Of a DNA stretch of 32,000 bases, positions 27,009 through 32,000 are shown in pieces. This DNA comes from Dehalococcoidia bacterium (GTDB taxonomy: Bacteria; Chloroflexota; Dehalococcoidia; SM23-28-2). The notes below the pieces were generated by a model. The model was not told where the DNA came from. It did not search any database and saw nothing but the letters and a program-made list of their open reading frames with translations. Location of the stretch: contig JAUWYP010000011.1 in assembly GCA_030615765.1 (NCBI GenBank), positions 21,867 to 53,866 on the forward strand, read 5' to 3'. Every line of letters starts with the position of its first letter. The stretch's first letter is position 1. Position numbers and translations under genes: made by a program.

Positions 27009-29909
27009 ATGAGCGCTCCTGAATCCCTGACCAGCGCCGACCGACGGTCGACCGTCGAGACCTTCGCGCGCGCCCTCAACCGGGAGGCGCACAACCTCAC
27101 CCGGCGCCCCGACCTGCTGTGGCAGCAGCTCTACAACCGGTTGCAGTGGGAGGACGAGCCGGTCGCGCAGGTGCTGGCGCCGGAGCTGGCCCGCCGGACA
27201 GCCCCGGGGGCCACCCCGTGGCTGAGGACGAGGACGCCCCTCCGCGAGTCAAAGGCTCTCATCCGTATCCTCGCGGGCCATAGCAACTCGGTCACCGCCT
27301 GCGCGGTGAGCCCGGACGGCTCCTTTATCGTCTCGGCCAGCTTCGACGAGACCCTGAGGGTCTGGGATACCGCCACGGGGCGGGAGCGGGCCACCCTGGC
27401 CGATCATACCAACTTTGTCAATGCCTGCGCCGTCAGCCCCGATGGCTCCTTCATCGTCTCCGCTAGCGAAGATGGCACGCTGAAGGTGTGGAACGCACGG
27501 ACAGGGCAGGAGCGGGCCACCCTGGAAGGCCATACCCTGGGGGTCCTTGCCTGCGCCGTCAGCCCCGACGGCTCCTTCATCGTCTCCGCAAGCCAGGATA
27601 AGACCCTTAAGGTCTGGGACGCAAAGACGGGGCAGGAGCGGGCCACCCTGGAAGGCCATACCCTGGGGGTCCTTGCCTGCGCTGTCAGCCCCGATGGCTC
27701 CTTCATCATCTCGGCCAGCCTAGACAAGACCCTTAAGGTCTGGGACGCAAGGACGGGGCGGGAGCGGGCCACCCTGGAAGGCCATACCCTGGGGGTCCTT
27801 GCCTGCGCCGTCAGCCCCGACGGCTCCTTCATCGTCTCCGCTAGCGCGGACCGGACCCTGAAGATCTGGGAGGCAGAGACGGGAGCGGAGCGGGCCACCC
27901 TGCCCGGCCATACCGACGGGGTCTTTGCCTGCGCGGTCAGCCCCGACGGCTCCTTCATCGTCTCCGCAAGCCTAGACAAGACCCTTAAGGTCTGGGACGC
28001 AAAGACGGGGCGGGAGCGGGCCACCCTGGAAGGCCACACCGACAGCGTCTGGGCCTGCGCGGTCAGCCCCGACGGCTCCTTCATCGTCTCGGGAAGTTCG
28101 GACAAGACCCTTAAGGTCTGGGACGCGCCGACAGGGGAGGAGCGGGCCACCCTGGAAGGCCATACCGGCGGAGTCCTTGCCTGCGCCGTCAGCCCCGACG
28201 GCTCCTTCATCGTCTCCGCTAGCGAGGATAAGACCCTGAGGGTCTGGCAGGCAGGGACGGGGGAGGAGGCCACCCTGCCCGGCCATACCGACGGGGTCTT
28301 TGCCTGCGCCGTCAGCCCCGACGGCTCCTTCATCGTCTCCGCAAGCCTAGACAAGACCCTTAAGGTCTGGGACGCAAAGACGGGGCGGGAGCGGGCCACC
28401 CTGGAAGGCCACACCGACAGCGTCTGGGCCTGCGCGGTCAGCCCCGACGCCTCCTTCATCGTCTCGGGAAGTTCGGACAAGACCCTGGAAGTCTGGGACG
28501 CGGAGACGGGGCGGGAGCGGGCCACCCTGGCCGGCCATACCCGCGACATCCGAGACTGCGCCGTCAGCCCCGACGGCTCCGTCATCGTCTCCGCACGCGA
28601 AGAAGCGACGCTGAAGGTCTGGGATGCAAGGACGGGGGAGGAGGGGGCCACTCTGGTCGGGCATACCCGCGACATCCGAGACTGCGCGGTCAGCCCCGAC
28701 GCCTCTCTCATCGTCTCCGCAAGCAGAGATGGGACGCTGAAGGTCTGGGATGCAAGGACGGGGGAGGAGGGGGCCACCCTGGTCGGCCATACCCGCGACA
28801 TCCTAGACTGCGCCGTCAGCCCCGACGGCTCCTTCATCGTCTCGGGAAGTTGGGACAAGACCCTCAAAGTCTGGGACGCGGAGACGGGGCGGGAGCGGGC
28901 CACCCTGGAAGGCCACACCGACAGCGTCTGGGCCTGCGCCGTGAGCCCCGACGCCTCTCTCATCGTCTCCGCAGGTTATGACAATACCCTGGAGGTTTGG
29001 GAGGCAGGAACGGGCGTGGAGCGGGCCACCCTCCTCCTCTTGGGCGAGGGGAGGAGCGTAGCTTTGCACCCTCGACGGCCCCTCGCTGTCTGCGGCGATA
29101 AAGGCGGAAACGTCTACCTGGCAGAACTCGTGGGCATCCAGTATCGCCCCATGACCGCGACGCCAGCGGAGAGACTGCCGAAGAGGGCTGCGCCCCCAGC
29201 GGAAGCGATGCCGAGCCCGTCTCCTGCGGAAGTGACGAGGCTCAACAGCCTGGCGACTGTCCACTACAAGGAGGGCAAGTACGCTGAGGCGCTGCCCCTG
29301 TATCAGCGCGCGGTCGAAATTGGCGAGTGGCTCCTCGACGCTGACCACCTGGAACTCGCAACCGCCCTCAACGGCCTGGCCATGGTCCTCTATATGCAGG
29401 GCAGATATGCTGACGCGCTGCCTCTATGTCAGCGCGCGCTGGCGATCTACGAACGGGCCCTCGGCCCCGACCACCCCCATGTAGCAAGTAGCCTCGACAA
29501 CCTGGCACAACTCTGCGAGAAGCTGGGAGAGCGCACCGAGGCTCTCACTCTCTATCAGCGCGCGCTGGAAATCCGGCAACATGCTCTTGGCGCCGACCAC
29601 CCTGAGGTGGCAAGTAGCCTGAGGAACTTGGCCCGGCTGTACTACGAGCAGGGCAAGTATGCCGAGGCGCTACCTCTCTACCATCGTGCCCTGGAAATCC
29701 GGGAACACACCCTTGGCCCCGATCACCCCGAGGTCGCATACAGTCTCAACGGCCTGGCAGTGACCTACTACGGCCAGGGCAAGTACGCCGAAGCCCTGCC
29801 TCTCCTCAGGCGCGCGGTCAGCATTGCTGAAGCAACGCTCGGGCCTGAGTACCCTAGCACGGCCGCGTTCAGGAGAAACCTGAAGGCCTGCCAGAGTGCG
29901 GTGCGCTGA
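27009..29909 (+). CDS. NTPase-less NLR sensor paralogue: pre-WD40 helical module - ~15 highly conserved WD40 blades - TPR (TPR_12/kinesin-light-chain type) repeats
   Basis: The N-terminus FARALNREAHNLTRRPDLLWQQLYNRLQWEDE...ATPWLRTRTPLRESKALIRILAGH is ~65% identical to aa ~1052-1122 of the 1760-aa NLR. There are 14 canonical units GHT..V..CAVSPDGSFIVSAS.DKTLKVWDA.TG.ERATLE plus a degenerate blade and the shared tail SVALHP..P.A.CGD..G..YL..LVGI.Y.P. Then ~7 TPRs of the type LN.LA.LY..QGKYAEALPLYQRALEI.E..LGPDHP.VA.S. Confidence 0.9.
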   Translation: MSAPESLTSADRRSTVETFARALNREAHNLTRRPDLLWQQLYNRLQWEDEPVAQVLAPELARRTAPGATPWLRTRTPLRESKALIRILAGHSNSVTACAVSPDGSFIVSASFDETLRVWDTATGRERATLADHTNFVNACAVSPDGSFIVSASEDGTLKVWNARTGQERATLEGHTLGVLACAVSPDGSFIVSASQDKTLKVWDAKTGQERATLEGHTLGVLACAVSPDGSFIISASLDKTLKVWDARTGRERATLEGHTLGVLACAVSPDGSFIVSASADRTLKIWEAETGAERATLPGHTDGVFACAVSPDGSFIVSASLDKTLKVWDAKTGRERATLEGHTDSVWACAVSPDGSFIVSGSSDKTLKVWDAPTGEERATLEGHTGGVLACAVSPDGSFIVSASEDKTLRVWQAGTGEEATLPGHTDGVFACAVSPDGSFIVSASLDKTLKVWDAKTGRERATLEGHTDSVWACAVSPDASFIVSGSSDKTLEVWDAETGRERATLAGHTRDIRDCAVSPDGSVIVSAREEATLKVWDARTGEEGATLVGHTRDIRDCAVSPDASLIVSASRDGTLKVWDARTGEEGATLVGHTRDILDCAVSPDGSFIVSGSWDKTLKVWDAETGRERATLEGHTDSVWACAVSPDASLIVSAGYDNTLEVWEAGTGVERATLLLLGEGRSVALHPRRPLAVCGDKGGNVYLAELVGIQYRPMTATPAERLPKRAAPPAEAMPSPSPAEVTRLNSLATVHYKEGKYAEALPLYQRAVEIGEWLLDADHLELATALNGLAMVLYMQGRYADALPLCQRALAIYERALGPDHPHVASSLDNLAQLCEKLGERTEALTLYQRALEIRQHALGADHPEVASSLRNLARLYYEQGKYAEALPLYHRALEIREHTLGPDHPEVAYSLNGLAVTYYGQGKYAEALPLLRRAVSIAEATLGPEYPSTAAFRRNLKACQSAVR
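27261..29040 (+). repeat. Tandem 126-bp WD40 coding repeats with very high internal nucleotide identity
   Basis: For example, 27895-28127 and 28270-28502 (233 nt, two blades each) differ at 5 positions by my alignment. The offset is 375 nt, which is 3 units minus one codon. Confidence 0.9.
29229..29885 (+). repeat. TPR repeat array (coding, ~7 x 42 aa units)
   Basis: Recurrent ..Y..QGKYAEALPLYQRALEIREH.LGPDHPEVA.SLN.LA.. with 126-nt periodicity. Confidence 0.8.
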
Positions 29910-30027
29910 ACGGGTACCTGGATTCCGAGTAGGCCTGGCATCGACCGCATTGCCGCGGCGGCCCCGGTGGGCGTTCTGGCGGCGGGGGTCACTTGGGGCT
30001 GGGAGGCGAGTCGGATAGGAGGCTGAG

Positions 30028-32000
30028 ATGGCACGAGCAACTAGGACGTTCCGGATTTTCGTCAGTTCCACCTTCAACGATCTCAAGGCGGAACGAAACG
30101 CACTACAGCAGCACGTGTTCCCCAAGCTGCGAGAGTTCTGCATGCAGCGCGGCGCCCGTTTCCAGGCTATCGACCTGCGCTGGGGCGTGAGCGAGGAGGC
30201 GGGCCTCGACCAGCGGACGATGAACATCTGCCTGGACGAGATCGAGCGCTGCCGTAAGACCACGCCCCGCCCCAACTTCATCGTGCTATTGGGCGACCGC
30301 TACGGCTGGCGTCCCCTACCAGCTCAGGTGGAGGCCGAGGAGTTCGAGGCCATCCTCGATAAGCTATCGGAACCCGATAGAGAACCCGACAGAGAGCTGC
30401 TCCTTTGGAGTGATTCCCAGCCCGACGATCAGAAAGGCTGGTATCGGAGAGATGATAACGCGCTTCCTCCGGTGTATTGCCTGAGGCCACGGGAGATAGA
30501 CGTCCCCGAGGGTGCCAGCGACGAAGAGAAGAAGGCCGCGCAGTATGAAGAAGCCGCCGAATGGAGGCAGACCGAGCAGCGACTTCGCTCTATATTCCTC
30601 AAAGCTGTGGAGGACATGCCGCCCGAGGCCTACGACCGCATGAAGTATGAGGCCTCGGCCACTGAACAAGAGATCGACCGAGGAGCAGTACGCGTCCTCG
30701 ACGCACGGGAGCACGTATTCTGCTTTTTCCGAAAGATCAAAGATGCCCCAGAGGATGAGAGCGCGAAGGACTTCCTCGACTTGGTGAAAGAAGGGGACAA
30801 GTGGGTAGCGGACAACGATGCGCGCACCCGGCTGAAAGGGCTAAAGGAGAAGCTGCGTGGCCTTTTCCCTGACAACATTTTCGAGTACGAGGCAGCATGG
30901 ACAGGCCTCCGCAGCGTCACGACAAATAGGATCGACAGACAATGCCGAGTGATTTTGGATGCCATCTCTCGCCATATTGCCGAGCTGGCAAAAGCAGAAG
31001 GGGCGTTCCAACCGGACTCCAAAACTTGCGATCGTCTTAACGAACTGAAGAACCAGGAACTACGAAAGCATCTCCCCGAGAATCTCACCAATGCAGAGAG
31101 CAAGACCATTGAAGCCGCCACCACTATTGACCACATCCCGAAGCTGTGCGCAGACGTCTACGCTGCTCTGTCCTGCATCATCCTGCAGGAGATGGCTCGG
31201 CTCGAAGATGTCGGCCCGCTGGACAAAGAGATTGAGGATCACAAGAAGTTCGGCGATGACCGCGCCGAGTTCTTCACCGGCCGGGCCGCCATCCTGAAGA
31301 CCATCGGCGACTACGTCAGAGGTGACGACCGTCACCCGCTGGCGGTATGGGGCGAATCGGGTTCAGGCAAGTCAGCGCTGATGGCCCGTGCGGCACAGCA
31401 GGTTCAGAGCGATATCCCGCACGCCGAGATCGTTCTTCGTTTCATTGGCTGGACGCCGGACTCGTCCGACATCCGATCTTTGCTGGCGAGAGTGTGCCGC
31501 CAGATCTCCCGCGCCTACGGGGCGGACGAAGCCACTGTTCCGACGGACTACAAGGAACTGGTTGATGATTTCCCCAAGCGCCTGGCCCTGGCCACTGCGG
31601 AAAAGCCGCTGGTCCTATTCCTGGATGCGTTGGACCAGCTATCCGACGTCGAGCAAGGTCGCAGTCTTGTCTGGCTACCCGCTGACCTGCCCGAGCACGT
31701 GCGCCTGATCGTGTCGACCCTGCCCGGCGAATGCCGGGCAGCGCTGGAGACAAAGCTTCCGGACACAAACCGCAAGAAACTGGAGCCGATGCCGCCGGAT
31801 GAGGGCAAGAAGCTGCTGGAACTCTGGCTGAAGGACGCGCGCAGAACCCTCCGGGACCATCAGAGAAAGGAGGTGCTCCGCAAGTTCGAGCTCTCTGGCA
31901 TGCCGCTCTACTTGAGGCTAGCTTTCCAGGAGGCGCGCCTGTGGAAGTCCTACACCACGAGAACGGAACTCAGCCCGGACATTCCGGGGATCATCCGCGA
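30028..32000 (+). CDS. Second NLR paralogue: DUF4062 - NACHT (no TIR); 3' end beyond the window
   Basis: Own translation from ATG 30028 (SD AGGAGG at 30017-30022) is open to the window end: MARATRTFRIFVSSTFNDLKAERNALQQHVFPKLREFCMQRGARFQAIDLRWGVSEEAGLDQRTMNICLDEIERCRKTTPRPNFIVLLGDRYGWRPLP... Walker A GESGSGKS at 31351-31374; Walker B LVLFLDALDQL. Not in the ORF track because it is open-ended. Confidence 0.9.
   Translation, partial: MARATRTFRIFVSSTFNDLKAERNALQQHVFPKLREFCMQRGARFQAIDLRWGVSEEAGLDQRTMNICLDEIERCRKTTPRPNFIVLLGDRYGWRPLPAQVEAEEFEAILDKLSEPDREPDRELLLWSDSQPDDQKGWYRRDDNALPPVYCLRPREIDVPEGASDEEKKAAQYEEAAEWRQTEQRLRSIFLKAVEDMPPEAYDRMKYEASATEQEIDRGAVRVLDAREHVFCFFRKIKDAPEDESAKDFLDLVKEGDKWVADNDARTRLKGLKEKLRGLFPDNIFEYEAAWTGLRSVTTNRIDRQCRVILDAISRHIAELAKAEGAFQPDSKTCDRLNELKNQELRKHLPENLTNAESKTIEAATTIDHIPKLCADVYAALSCIILQEMARLEDVGPLDKEIEDHKKFGDDRAEFFTGRAAILKTIGDYVRGDDRHPLAVWGESGSGKSALMARAAQQVQSDIPHAEIVLRFIGWTPDSSDIRSLLARVCRQISRAYGADEATVPTDYKELVDDFPKRLALATAEKPLVLFLDALDQLSDVEQGRSLVWLPADLPEHVRLIVSTLPGECRAALETKLPDTNRKKLEPMPPDEGKKLLELWLKDARRTLRDHQRKEVLRKFELSGMPLYLRLAFQEARLWKSYTTRTELSPDIPGIIR

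Noticed and set aside
27404-28963. 519-aa ORF on the minus strand (plus 27249..27659, 27972..28286, 28347..28790 and others) with its own repetitive sequence ETMKEPSGLTAQA.TP.VWPSRVARS
   Set aside because: It is antisense to the WD40 array. A GC-rich 126-bp repeat with no stop in the antisense frame is simply multiplied. It has no start context, and the sense frame has unmistakable WD40 signatures.
27261-29040. Regular tandem repeats that could superficially resemble a CRISPR-like array
   Set aside because: The period is 126 bp, in frame, and contiguous, with no unique spacers or short palindromic repeats. They encode WD40 blades.
29670-31136. Minus-strand ORFs 29670..30281, 30364..30714 and 30630..31136
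   Set aside because: Antisense to the TPR region and to the DUF4062-NACHT paralogue, whose sense-frame motifs are unambiguous.

Overview
High-GC bacterial chromosomal window (taxon not determinable from sequence alone) in two parts, separated by an insertion sequence. (1) Positions 1-10.7 kb carry cell-envelope genes: a PD40/TolB-like lipoprotein, an SdrD-B-repeat surface protein, an 8-blade PQQ-like propeller lipoprotein and several orphan lipoproteins or membrane-anchored proteins. There is also one MarR-family regulator. Several of these genes sit behind a recurring promoter cassette whose -35/-10 spacer is palindromic. (2) An IS3-family element (10702-11970; orfA/orfB with a GGGAAAC slippery site) lies at the junction, and its terminal TGA supplies the stop codon of the upstream lipoprotein gene. 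(3) Positions 12.1-32 kb form an island of STAND/NLR-type genes. The centrepiece (12071-22730) is one promoter followed by four ORFs with overlapping stop/start codons. These are a 57-aa Zn-ribbon peptide, a 1760-aa TIR-DUF4062-NACHT-WD40(x14)-Zn-ribbon protein, a 619-aa 2TM-TrkA_N(x2)-RyR(x2) protein, and a 1109-aa degenerate-PfkB-like-AAA+-RyR(x2)-SLOG protein. I do not recognise this composition as any described defence system. My inference is a Thoeris-like logic: a TIR signal generator on an NLR sensor, with SLOG/Rossmann nucleotide sensors and a membrane channel-like effector downstream. Downstream lie two NTPase-less 'sensor-only' WD40 paralogues that begin with the same pre-WD40 helical module as the NLR. 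One is coupled to a frameshifted HExxH peptidase. The other is fused to TPRs and built from near-identical 126-bp WD40 units whose variation sits at a few surface positions. A second DUF4062-NACHT paralogue without a TIR domain runs off the window end. No rRNA, tRNA or CRISPR array was seen. All domain calls come from motifs read by eye in translations; no database search was possible.
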